Source: Escherichia coli
Lineage (GTDB): Bacteria > Pseudomonadota > Gammaproteobacteria > Enterobacterales > Enterobacteriaceae
Assembly (NCBI RefSeq): GCF_036507355.1
Contig: NZ_AP027877.1
Length of the DNA stretch: 64,000 bases
Reading direction: 5' to 3' (one strand)
This document shows positions 38,184 to 48,150 of the stretch, piece by piece; position 1 is the stretch's first letter, and the number at the start of each line of letters is the position of its first letter. The notes under the pieces are model-generated. The model was not told the DNA's origin, searched no databases, and saw nothing but the letters and a program-made list of their open reading frames with translations. The translations under genes were made by a program, and so were the position numbers.

Positions 38184-39086
38184 ATGAAAAAAACGCTCGC
38201 AACGTTATTTTTATTAACGTGTCTGGGATCATCATCCGCTTATGCGGATAACGCTTTGATTTTACAAACGGATTTTAGCCTGAAAGATGGCGCCGTCTCG
38301 GCGATGAAAGGGGTCGCATTCGGTGTTGACCATAATCTTAAAATATTTGATTTAACACACGAAATTCCACCGTATAACATCTGGGAAGGCGCATACCGCC
38401 TGTATCAGACCGCCAGCTACTGGCCGCAAGGTTCGGTGTTTGTCAGCGTGGTCGATCCGGGCGTGGGGACTGACCGTAAATCGGTGGTGCTGAAAACCAA
38501 AAACGGTCAATACTTCGTTTCACCGGATAACGGTACGCTCACTTTGGTGGCGCAATCGCTGGGTATTGAGAGCGTCCGGCAAATCGATGAAAAAACCAAC
38601 CGCCTGAACGGTTCCGAAAAGTCATATACCTTCCACGGTCGTGATGTGTATGCCTACACCGGTGCGCGTCTGGCTTCCGGGGCGATCACGTTCGAACAGG
38701 TGGGGCCAGAGCTTCCTGCAAAAGTTGTCGAACTGCCTTATCAGAAAGCCAAAGCAACAAAAGGTGAAGTAAAGGGCAATATCCCGATTCTCGATATTCA
38801 GTACGGCAACGTCTGGAGCAATATCAGCGACGAGTTGCTGAATCAGGCAGGAATCAAACTCAACGATACGTTATGTGTGACCATTTCCGAAGGTTCCGAG
38901 AAAAAATACGAAGGGAAAATGCCGTATGTCGCCAGCTTCGGCGATGTGCCGGAAGGACAGCCGATGGTGTATCTGAACAGCTTATTGAATGTTTCCGTGG
39001 CGCTGAATATGGATAATTTCGCGCAGAAACATCAGGTTGCGTCTGGTGCTGACTGGAATATTGATGTGAAGAAATGTGATAAGTAA
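38184..39086 (+). CDS. Signal-peptide-bearing SAM hydroxide adenosyltransferase-like (DUF62 / fluorinase-chlorinase fold) protein
   Basis: Signal peptide MKKTLATLFLLTCLGSSSAYA, then LILQTDFSLKDGAVSAMKGV matching the DUF62 N-terminal signature (xxLxTDFGxxDxYVGxMKGV); not in my recollection of the K-12 yigE-uvrD interval. Confidence 0.6.
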   Translation: MKKTLATLFLLTCLGSSSAYADNALILQTDFSLKDGAVSAMKGVAFGVDHNLKIFDLTHEIPPYNIWEGAYRLYQTASYWPQGSVFVSVVDPGVGTDRKSVVLKTKNGQYFVSPDNGTLTLVAQSLGIESVRQIDEKTNRLNGSEKSYTFHGRDVYAYTGARLASGAITFEQVGPELPAKVVELPYQKAKATKGEVKGNIPILDIQYGNVWSNISDELLNQAGIKLNDTLCVTISEGSEKKYEGKMPYVASFGDVPEGQPMVYLNSLLNVSVALNMDNFAQKHQVASGADWNIDVKKCDK

Positions 39087-39130
39087 GGTGCTGATGCCGG
39101 ATGCGGTGTGGCGCACCGCATCCCGCAACG

Positions 39131-41293
39131 TTATACCGTCTCCAGCCGGGCGTATGCCGCCACCAGCCATTTAATACCCTGGCCCTGGAATGCCACCTGC
39201 AAACGGCTATGCTCGCCGCTGCCTTCCATATTGACGATAGTGCCTTCACCAAACTTAGCGTGGCGTACACGCTGGCCGAGCTTGTAGCCGCTGTCGTTCT
39301 CGACCATCGGCGTACCCATACGCTGATGGCTGACCGGGCGGCTTACCGTGGCGCGCAGGCGCACCTCTTCCACACACTCTTCCGGCAACTCACCGATAAA
39401 GCGCGACGGGCGATGGTAAACCTCTTTGCCATACAGACGGCGAGTTTCCGCGTAGGTCAGCGTCAGTTTCTGCATCGCGCGGGTTACGCCAACGTAGGCC
39501 AGACGGCGTTCTTCTTCCAGACGACCGCCTTCATCCAGCGACATCTGGCTTGGGAACATGCCCTCTTCCATACCGACGATAAACACCTGCGGGAACTCCA
39601 GCCCTTTCGCCGAGTGTAGCGTCATCAACTGCACCGCGTCCTGCCAGGTATCCGCCTGCCCCTCGCCCGCTTCCAGCGCCGCATGGGAGAGGAATGCCTG
39701 CAGCGGCATTAAATCTTCGTCTTCTTCGTTGTAGCTGAACTGGCGCGTTGCCGTCACCAGTTCCTCCAGGTTTTCGATACGCGTCTGACCTTTTTCGCCC
39801 TTCTCCTGCTCGTACATGGTGCGCAGGCCGGAGTCTTTAATTACCCGGTCAGTCTGTACATGCAGCGGCATATCGGCAGTTTCCTGCGCTAAGGCGTCGA
39901 TCAGTTCCATAAACCGCTGTAAGGCGCTGGCAGCACGTCCGGCGAGGGCTTTTTCCTGCAACAGTTCACGACATGCCTGCCAGAGTGTTAACTGGCGATC
40001 GCGCGATGTCTGACGTACCACGTCCAGCGTCCGGTCACCAATACCCCGCGTTGGCGTATTCACCACACGCTCAAAGGCCGCGTCGTCGTTGCGGTTGGCA
40101 ATCAGGCGCAGATACGAGAGCGCATCTTTGATTTCCTGGCGTTCGAAGAAGCGCATCCCGCCGTAAATACGGTACGGCATACTGGCCTGCAATAACGCCT
40201 CTTCGAGCACCCGCGACTGGGCGTTGCTGCGGTAGAGAATGGCGCACTCGGCAAGCGCTCCGCCGTTGTCCTGCCAGGTTTTGATGCGGTTAACCACAAA
40301 ACGCGCTTCATCGAGTTCGTTAAAAGCGCAATAGAGGGAAATAGGCTCACCGTCCGCGCCATCGGTCCACAGTTTTTTACCCAGACGCCCGTTATTGTTT
40401 TCAATCAGGGCGTTAGCGGCGCTCAGAATATTGCTGGTAGAGCGGTAGTTTTGCTCCAGACGAATAGTTTCAGCACCGGGGAAATCATTGAGGAAACGCT
40501 GAATATTCTCTACCTGCGCCCCGCGCCAGCCGTAGATTGACTGGTCGTCATCACCGACGATCATCACTTTGCCGGTGTCGCCCGCCAGCAGGCGGATCCA
40601 CGCGTACTGAATGTTGTTGGTATCCTGGAATTCGTCCACCAGGATATTGGTAAAACGTTCGCGGTAGTGTTGCAGGATATGCGGCTTGTTAAGCCACAGT
40701 TCGTGGGCGCGCAGCAGCAGCTCGGCGAAATCCACCAGACCCGCGCGGTCACACGCTTCCTGATACGCCTGATACACCTTCTGCCAGGTCTGCTCCACCG
40801 GATTACCGTAGCTTTGAATATGATGCGGACGTAAGCCTTCATCTTTCTGGCTGTTGATGTACCACATTGCCTGGCGCGGCGGCCACTGCTTCTCGTCGAG
40901 GTTCATCGCCTTGATCAAACGCTTAAGCAGGCGCAGCTGGTCTTCACTGTCGAGGATCTGGAAATCCTGCGGCAGATTGGCGTCCATATGGTGCGCACGC
41001 AGCAGGCGGTGCGCCAGCCCGTGGAAGGTGCCTACCCACATGCCGCCCTGGCTGGTGCCCATCAGTTGCCCGATACGATGACGCATTTCCGCCGCCGCTT
41101 TGTTGGTAAACGTCATCGCCATAATCGAGTATGGCGAGCAGTTTTCCACGCTCATCAGCCAGGCGATACGATGCACCAGTACGCGCGTCTTACCACTGCC
41201 CGCGCCCGCCAGCACCAGAAGGTTGCTGCGTGGCGCGGCCACCGCTTCGCGCTGTTTGTCATTAAGGCTGTCGAGCAGGTAAGAAACGTCCAT
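39131..41293 (-). CDS. uvrD: DNA helicase II UvrD
   Basis: Start placed at MDVSYLLDSLNDKQREAVAAPRSNLLVLAGAGSGKTRV (720 aa); the ORF-track 63-codon extension overlaps yigB and is discounted. Confidence 0.95.
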   Translation of the reverse strand: MDVSYLLDSLNDKQREAVAAPRSNLLVLAGAGSGKTRVLVHRIAWLMSVENCSPYSIMAMTFTNKAAAEMRHRIGQLMGTSQGGMWVGTFHGLAHRLLRAHHMDANLPQDFQILDSEDQLRLLKRLIKAMNLDEKQWPPRQAMWYINSQKDEGLRPHHIQSYGNPVEQTWQKVYQAYQEACDRAGLVDFAELLLRAHELWLNKPHILQHYRERFTNILVDEFQDTNNIQYAWIRLLAGDTGKVMIVGDDDQSIYGWRGAQVENIQRFLNDFPGAETIRLEQNYRSTSNILSAANALIENNNGRLGKKLWTDGADGEPISLYCAFNELDEARFVVNRIKTWQDNGGALAECAILYRSNAQSRVLEEALLQASMPYRIYGGMRFFERQEIKDALSYLRLIANRNDDAAFERVVNTPTRGIGDRTLDVVRQTSRDRQLTLWQACRELLQEKALAGRAASALQRFMELIDALAQETADMPLHVQTDRVIKDSGLRTMYEQEKGEKGQTRIENLEELVTATRQFSYNEEDEDLMPLQAFLSHAALEAGEGQADTWQDAVQLMTLHSAKGLEFPQVFIVGMEEGMFPSQMSLDEGGRLEEERRLAYVGVTRAMQKLTLTYAETRRLYGKEVYHRPSRFIGELPEECVEEVRLRATVSRPVSHQRMGTPMVENDSGYKLGQRVRHAKFGEGTIVNMEGSGEHSRLQVAFQGQGIKWLVAAYARLETV

Positions 41294-41376
41294 TGGCACC
41301 GCCGCGTAAAAATAGGTTGGGCGGAGAAGCGCAACGCCCTCCGCCAAAAAGCTGGGTATATATACAGATTTGCTGA

Positions 41377-42093
41377 TTATATCAGCGAGGTCAGAGATGC
41401 CAACCGGGAAATTTCCAGATGCGGCAGTAAACGGCTGTCCCAGGTTTGCATCAGATCGCCATTTTCCGGTCTGATCCAACAAGCCTGCATTCCGCTGCGA
41501 ATTGCCCCACCCACGTCAGTGGTGAGATCGTCCCCGACATGTAAGATCTCGCCGATCGGCACGTTGAGTTTTTCCGCAGCCAGAAAGTACATATCGCTGA
41601 ACGGTTTTGAGCGCCCGTGCGGGCCAGCGCGCAGCACAAACTCAAAATAATCCCCCAAACCAAACAGTTCCGGCTGGGCGTTACCGTTGGTGATCGCCAC
41701 CAGCGGCCATTTCTTCGCCAACTGTTTTAAGGTGTCGTGAGTTTGCTGCGGGACGTCGATTCGGCTGCGCCATTTGGCAAAGTTAATCATTGCTGCGTGT
41801 GCGCCTGCACTGGCTTCTTCGGCACTCAGCCCGGCGTCGAGCATCGCTTGTTCAATCGAACGAAAACGCCAACGCGTCACGTCGTGATAAATCTCGGGTT
41901 CCGCTTCCCGTACCGCCTGGCGCAGGCGTTGCAGATCTTCATTCTGGAAGCTGCGCAGCGCCGGATGATAATTTTGCACAAAGGTAAGCGCCTCTCGCTC
42001 GGTGCGCAAAATCACCGGACGGTTATCGTAAAGGGTATCATCCAGGTCAAAGGTGAGCGCCGAGATGCGCCCCAAAGGCCGGTAAAAACGCAT
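41377..42093 (-). CDS. yigB: HAD-family phosphatase YigB
   Basis: 238-aa ORF with HAD motif [12 protein letters not shown]. Confidence 0.9.
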
Positions 42094-42989
42094 TATTTCC
42101 CCCGTTTGGCGCGTGGATGCGCCGCATCGTACACCGAGGCAAGGTGTTGAAAATCAAGATGAGTATAGATTTGCGTGGTGGAGAGGTTGGCATGACCCAG
42201 CAGCTCCTGCACACCACGAAGATCGCCGCTCGACTCCAGCATATGCGTAGCGAACGAGTGACGTAATTTATGCGGGTGAACGTGATTATTCAGCCCTTGT
42301 TTTATGCCCCATTCGGCAAAGCGTTTCTGCACATTACGCGCGGAGATACGCTTGCCCAGTTTCGACAGAAAAAGCGCGTCGTCTTCGCTACCAAACAGGT
42401 CGCGCAAATCAAGCCAGTGCTCAATCCACGCCACAGCGTTGCGACCAATCGGCAGGCGGCGCTCTTTGCTGCCTTTCCCCATTACCCACACTTCACCAGA
42501 CTCCAGGTCGAGGTGTTTGATATCCAGCCCCACCAGCTCGGAAAGACGCAGACCCGCGCCGTACATCACTTCCAGCATTGCACGGTCGCGTACAGCGAGG
42601 GGATCGTTGATATCAATATCCAGCAGCCGATTCATATCGTCGACGTCGATGTTTTTCGGCAGATGACGCGGCGCTTTCGGTGCCGAAACACCTTTCGCCG
42701 GGTTAGCTTTGAGTTCGTTCTGGCTGACCAGCCAGTCAAAAAAGCTACGTAGCGCAGAAAGCCGTAACGCGAGGCTTGCTGCTCCCAGCCCTTTACGGCG
42801 ACTGCGTACAGCAAAATTGCGTACCATCGCTGCATCGCATTGTTGCCAGCTTTGCAGGCCGTTTTCGCTGGCAAAATTGATGATCGCCTCAAGCTGACGC
42901 TGGTAGTTAAGTAGGGTTATCGGGCTAAGCTGACGCTCCACGCTCAGATAACGTAGGTAGCGTTCTACATCGGTGTGTAAATCGGTCAT
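42093..42989 (-). CDS. xerC: Tyrosine site-specific recombinase XerC
   Basis: 298-aa ORF with integrase motifs ([12 protein letters not shown]; C-terminal Tyr). Confidence 0.95.
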
Positions 42990-43693
42990 ACGCGTTCAAT
43001 CCAACGCTCCAGAAGCTCCGGCAACATCAGCGCAATTTCATGAAGTAACTGCGTTCCCTGCCCTTGTTGATAGTGACTGGCATCGCGACTGGTAAACAGC
43101 ACGACACCCAAATCAGCATCGCTTCCCAGCATCGACATCGCCACCGATCCCACCGCTTTCGCTTCCGGTAGCACCACCAGCAGCTCCGGTCCGTTAAGCG
43201 GCCCAAGATAGTGCTGTTCCTGCCCCAAACGCTGAATACGCAGCGGTTCGAAAGACTGACGGCTTAATGCCAGATGAGTGTGGTTCGACGGCGCACCTAA
43301 GCGCCAGCGATCTGGAAACAGGCGCAGACTCGCACCAGCCAGGCCGAGATCGCGCGCCCAGCGGTGAAAGCGCATCAGCATATCGTCGAGACTGCTGGCG
43401 GCGGTGAGACTGCGCTGCAGGTAGAGTAGGCGATAAAACAGGCCTTCGTTGGCGATAGCCTGTTCCATCAACAGCGCCATGTTCTCTTCCAGAACATGAA
43501 TATGATTACGTGCGCGGGCCATGTGCCACTCGACCAACGAAACGGTGCCGCGTACCGGATGCGGCACACGTATCGCTTCTACTGCGCGCGCATTGCGGAT
43601 AAAAAACTCAGGATTTTTAATCAGATAATCGACAACCGCCCGGTCATCAAGCTCCGTGAGTGTTTCCTGCAGTTCTTCCCCTGGTTGCTTCAT
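42986..43693 (-). CDS. yigA: DUF484-family protein YigA
   Basis: 235-aa ORF, 4-bp overlaps with dapF and xerC in the conserved dapF-yigA-xerC-yigB operon. Confidence 0.88.
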
Positions 43694-44514
43694 AGATGAA
43701 TAAATCCGTCGTAGACATGTACCGCCGGGCCAGTCATATATAACGGGTGACCCGGACCTTTCCAGGCGATATCAAGACGACCGCCGGGGAGTTCCACGCG
43801 TACTTCTTCGGCCAGCAAACCTTGCTGAATCCCTACTGCAACCGCCGCACACGCGCCGCTGCCGCAGGCCTGGGTTTCTCCTGCCCCACGCTCATAAACG
43901 CGTAAACGAATATGCTCGCGCTTAACCACTTGCATAAAACCGATATTGGCTCGCTCCGGAAAACGCTCGTGGCTTTCCAGAACAGGACCAAGCGTTTCTA
44001 CCGCCGCGGTATCGACATCATCGACCTGAATCACGCAATGCGGATTTCCCATCGACACCACGCCGCATAAGATTGTCTGCTCGGCGGCGCGCATAATATA
44101 GGTCTTTTCCGCTTTGTTAGCGCGAAACGGCACAGCGGAAGGTTCGAAGTTGGGTTCGCCCATATTTACGCGGACCAGATCATCATCGGTGACGGTCAGA
44201 ACCATCCGCCCGTTGGCGGTGCTGACGCGGATATCGCGCTTATTGGTCAGCCCTTTCAGGCGCACAAAACGGGCAAAGCAGCGCGCACCGTTGCCGCACT
44301 GCGCCACTTCACTGCCATCAGCATTGAAAATGCGATAGTGAAAATCCAGTTCAGGATCATACGGCGGCTCAACCACCAGCAGCTGGTCAAACCCTACCCC
44401 CAGGTGCCGATCCGCCAGGCGACGAATCAGCTCCGGTGAAAAAAAGACATTCTGCGTTACCGCGTCGACGACCATAAAATCGTTGCCAAGGCCATGCATT
44501 TTCGAGAACTGCAT
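43690..44514 (-). CDS. dapF: Diaminopimelate epimerase DapF
   Basis: Start placed at [21 protein letters not shown] (274 aa). Confidence 0.95.
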
Positions 44515-44550
44515 CATTTACTCCAATCACGCGGGTACAGAAACTGACTT

Positions 44551-44754
44551 TTAGTAATTCACCTGGGATGGACCATCGCCAGTGGCGCGATCGTTTTTAT
44601 CCGGCACCGTGGATTGCGTTTGCGTCTCTACCGGTTTGGTCGGCGGCGGTGCGTTTTTATCTGCAGGCGGGAAATAGAGCGGACCTTTCAGACCGCAGCC
44701 CGTCAGGCTGAAGAGAGTAAGTAATACAGTGAGTGCCTTAAACACGTTTTTCAT
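44551..44754 (-). CDS. yifL: Small lipoprotein YifL
   Basis: 67-aa ORF with lipobox MKNVFKALTVLLTLFSLTGC. Confidence 0.85.
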   Translation of the reverse strand: MKNVFKALTVLLTLFSLTGCGLKGPLYFPPADKNAPPPTKPVETQTQSTVPDKNDRATGDGPSQVNY

Positions 44755-44942
44755 TATGGATTGCCTGTAAAGTTCATCGCTTTCTGCTTTCTATCATCGC
44801 AGGAGAAGGCGTAAAAGCAAGCGTTTAGCGACTCTTTATGAAGTCTGAAAAGTGAGGAAATGCTGCGAGTATAACGCTTACTCGTGGGGATTTATGTTTT
44901 GCTGGTAGTTTCGTGATCGGCACCTCGCGCCAGGATGGCTTT

Positions 44943-46421
44943 ATGCACTATCGCAATGTGGTTTGTTTGTTGGCTTGTTCGTTGTTTTTATCGTCGGCAT
45001 GGGGATGTCGGCTTTCCGCACCTGAACATAATATTTACCAGAAACAGGGAAAAGGCGTGGTGTACCTGCGCCCTTATAAAGAAACAAATCTTTCTCTACC
45101 TGACGTGAATTACAAGAGTTTGCGTCGGTTACCCAATTTATTAATAGACCCGACAACACTAGACGAATGGGATAAAGAACCGCCTCAGACTGATTTGACA
45201 ACCGACTACCTCTATGAGGGCGCACAGGCCTGGTATCCTCATTATTCCTGGTATAGCGATGGTCGCAATATCCTCTACGCGGGTGAAGTTGTGCAAAACC
45301 CTCCCGGCACACCTCCCGTCGATGTCGCCTCGTTCAAGGCATGGGGTGATTTTGCTGCAGATAAACACAGTCTCTATTTTGAAGGCAAGCGCACCGATGA
45401 CAATGGTGGGAGAAATAGCTTAGATATCAAAACGCTGCATCAGGTGGAATTCCGGCCTCCCTGGGCTCCTGACTTACTGGGGCTGATATTACGTGACGCT
45501 AATTTCTTGTATATCAATGGGCATCGCCTCGCTGACCCCGAGAGTTTCCGTGTGCTGGCGCAGAAGTCCTGGGATCAGCGAGGAAAGTTTTCCACCACGT
45601 TTAACCCCTGCGTTGCCGTACCATTCGGCCCCTGGGATACCCTGGCTCGTACACGGACCAAAATCCTGATCAACGGCGAACAGCTTGATGCCGACCCGGA
45701 CACCTTTTCCGTCGTGCGCTGGATGCCCGGCTCACTCTTGACCTGGCGTGATAAAAACGGGCTACAGCGTAAAGTCCTCGACAAGGAAAATCTGGCGTGG
45801 GATGAGGATTTAACAAAGCACTGTCTGGATTTTTCTCTGCTGGAAAAGAAAGTGTTCTGGCGTCAGGGGCCTGACTGTAAACAGGAAGAATTACCGGGAC
45901 TCGATCCGGAACAGTTTCACCCCATCAGTGATGCTGTCGCACAGTATCAGGACTCGCTTTATACCATCATCGAAACAGAGTCTGGTGACCGCAAGCTGGA
46001 GATCGTGAAACTTGATGATCCCAATCTTATTATCAACAAACGTTTCAACGCCGGGAAACGCCACGGCTATTTACTTACGCGTGCCGAAGGGTGGCCATAC
46101 CATTCCGGTTTACACGTGTTTGAATCTGACGGACCGCTGATCTTACTGGATAACCGCTCTCCGGATGAACGCGAAGCCCATCTTAATGACCATCCCTTTT
46201 TGCGCAGATGGTATGCCCGCGATAACCGCTACGTTTACAGCTTTGATGGCGCGCAGCTCTGGCGATACCGCACCGCGGATCCGAAACAAGTTCGCTTAAT
46301 CTGGAAGGAACAACATTCGGGATATGGCTACGGGGTAAATTACAAAACGGGATATCTGGACGGAAAAATTACCGATGACGGCGAATTTATTCCTGCCCCG
46401 CGCAATGAGGCGACAAAATGA
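44943..46421 (+). CDS. Secreted repeat protein, paralog 1 (DKNYY-like repeats); alternative GTG start at 44913
   Basis: ATG at 44943 with AGGA RBS gives signal-like N-terminus MHYRNVVCLLACSLFLSSAWGC; repeated D-x-x-x-(L/V)Y-(F/Y)-x-G ... ADP-x-(S/T)F motifs; not in my recollection of the K-12 yifL-cyaY interval. Confidence 0.6.
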   Translation: MHYRNVVCLLACSLFLSSAWGCRLSAPEHNIYQKQGKGVVYLRPYKETNLSLPDVNYKSLRRLPNLLIDPTTLDEWDKEPPQTDLTTDYLYEGAQAWYPHYSWYSDGRNILYAGEVVQNPPGTPPVDVASFKAWGDFAADKHSLYFEGKRTDDNGGRNSLDIKTLHQVEFRPPWAPDLLGLILRDANFLYINGHRLADPESFRVLAQKSWDQRGKFSTTFNPCVAVPFGPWDTLARTRTKILINGEQLDADPDTFSVVRWMPGSLLTWRDKNGLQRKVLDKENLAWDEDLTKHCLDFSLLEKKVFWRQGPDCKQEELPGLDPEQFHPISDAVAQYQDSLYTIIETESGDRKLEIVKLDDPNLIINKRFNAGKRHGYLLTRAEGWPYHSGLHVFESDGPLILLDNRSPDEREAHLNDHPFLRRWYARDNRYVYSFDGAQLWRYRTADPKQVRLIWKEQHSGYGYGVNYKTGYLDGKITDDGEFIPAPRNEATK

Positions 46422-47743
46422 ATGGTCAAATAATCACTGTTGCACTCATCCTGTTGGGGCACATATTTCTGACGCCTGCTGTACAGGCCATAGGGTTCGA
46501 CTATTACAATGATCACGGTGTTATGTCTTACGGTAAAGGTTATGGGGAGGATGAGAAAATCATTGCCCAATTTCCGAAGATGAACAGAGCCGATTTGCGC
46601 CTTGTGACAAATATATCCGGGGAGCGGGAGTTAGTGGAAGGCTATATACCCACCGATGAAATAAGCATAAAAAATGAGGAATACCACTGGGTGACAGACG
46701 GCCGCGTTATTCTCTGGCGTGGCAAAATCGTTAGCAATCCACCGGGAACACCCACTGTCGATATTGCCAGCTTTCAGGCTATGGGCCGCTTCGCGGTCGA
46801 TAAATATAGCCTCTATTTTGATGGACAGCGCACCGAAAGTAATAGCGGCGCGTCACGTGTTGATCTGGCGACACTAAAAGCTATCGAAGGTAACTCTACC
46901 ACGCTGGTGGATAGTAAAAATCTCTATTTGTCCGGTCGACGTCAGGGGAGCAGCAGTAATGTTACTGTATTAGAAAAAAGATGGTGGGGTATTAATCCAC
47001 GTCTTATGAGTGTAAACAGAAATTTGTATTCCAATGATCTGCTTATCCGCAGTGGGCAGAATATTTATTTAAATGCCGTTCACCTTACAGCGAATGCAGA
47101 CTCATTTGAGATAATTCGCTGGATATCTCATTCACTGCTGGTTTTTCGCGACAATAAGGGTCTGCATCGTTATCCCTTTGGGCAATTGTCTGGCAAAGCG
47201 ATACCCGTAGATGATGACGTCTCTTTTGAAGTAGGGGAAAGTCGCGTTCGCTGGCGTAAACAGCTCACGCCCGACCGTCAGTGGAGCAAGTGGATAGACC
47301 TACCAGGTATTGAACCTGAACAATTTCATCTGATTACTGGCAATATTGCGCAATATAAAGATCGGTTGTATGTAACAAAATTATCGACATTTGGTGAAGA
47401 CCAGCTTGAGATAATCCCGCTGGATACGCCAGACCTGGTCATTGATCACTCATTTAATAGCGGCAAACAGCATGCTTATTTTATCCGCCAATTACGGTCA
47501 AAGAGCGTGCAAATTATTCCAGTTAACGGTCCGCTAACTAAAAACGATCGCTTCGCTTATGACGATCGCAATGTTTATACATGGACCGATACAGAGGTAA
47601 GGATTACACCCTCCCCCTGCCCGGCGAAAACACGCGTCAGAGAAGAGAATGTGCGCGAACTTCACAACAGAGACATTATTATTCCGTTGACGGATGAATC
47701 ATGCCGTAACGCAGCCGCAGAGGTGCAAACTTTGAAGCCCTGA
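46418..47743 (+). CDS. Secreted repeat protein, paralog 2 (DKNYY-like repeats), translationally coupled to paralog 1
   Basis: ATGA start/stop overlap; signal peptide MNGQIITVALILLGHIFLTPAVQA; shares blocks with paralog 1 (NPPGTP(P/T)VD(V/I)ASF; (D/E)PEQFH; LEI(V/I)(K/P)LD). Confidence 0.6.
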   Translation: MNGQIITVALILLGHIFLTPAVQAIGFDYYNDHGVMSYGKGYGEDEKIIAQFPKMNRADLRLVTNISGERELVEGYIPTDEISIKNEEYHWVTDGRVILWRGKIVSNPPGTPTVDIASFQAMGRFAVDKYSLYFDGQRTESNSGASRVDLATLKAIEGNSTTLVDSKNLYLSGRRQGSSSNVTVLEKRWWGINPRLMSVNRNLYSNDLLIRSGQNIYLNAVHLTANADSFEIIRWISHSLLVFRDNKGLHRYPFGQLSGKAIPVDDDVSFEVGESRVRWRKQLTPDRQWSKWIDLPGIEPEQFHLITGNIAQYKDRLYVTKLSTFGEDQLEIIPLDTPDLVIDHSFNSGKQHAYFIRQLRSKSVQIIPVNGPLTKNDRFAYDDRNVYTWTDTEVRITPSPCPAKTRVREENVRELHNRDIIIPLTDESCRNAAAEVQTLKP

Positions 47744-47790
47744 CCCCATGCCGCTATACTGCCGCCATCACTTAAAAACAGGATACAACA

Positions 47791-48111
47791 ATGAACGACA
47801 GTGAATTTCATCGCCTGGCTGATCAACTGTGGCTGACCATTGAAGAGCGTCTGGACGACTGGGATGGCGACAGCGATATCGACTGCGAAATCAACGGCGG
47901 CGTGCTGACCATTACCTTTGAGAATGGCAGCAAAATCATTATCAACCGCCAGGAACCGCTGCACCAGGTATGGCTGGCAACCAAACAAGGCGGCTACCAT
48001 TTTGATCTGAAAGGCGATGAGTGGATTTGCGATCGCAGCGGCGAAACCTTCTGGGATTTGCTGGAACAGGCGGCGACGCAGCAGGCGGGTGAAACAGTCA
48101 GTTTCCGCTAA
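47791..48111 (+). CDS. cyaY: Frataxin homolog CyaY
   Basis: 106-aa [66 protein letters not shown]. Confidence 0.96.
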
Positions 48112-48150
48112 GATTGCATGCCGGATAAGCCTCGCTTTCCGGCACGTTCA

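Noticed and set aside
39093-39128. Perfect hairpin GGATGCGGTG-TGGCGCA-CCGCATCC between the DUF62-like ORF and uvrD, considered as a REP or CRISPR-like repeat
   Set aside because: Single copy, no spacer-repeat periodicity; best read as a bidirectional terminator-like or degenerate REP hairpin.
41294-41482. 63-codon N-terminal extension of the uvrD ORF
   Set aside because: It overlaps the yigB coding region; the UvrD N-terminus MDVSYLLDSLNDKQREAV begins at 41293.
40988-41650. 220-aa plus-strand ORF
   Set aside because: Antisense across the uvrD 5' end and yigB 3' end.
48113-48150. GCCGGATAAGCCTCGCTTTCCGGCA palindrome after cyaY
   Set aside because: Looks like a degenerate REP or terminator stem between convergent cyaY and cyaA; too weak to call confidently.
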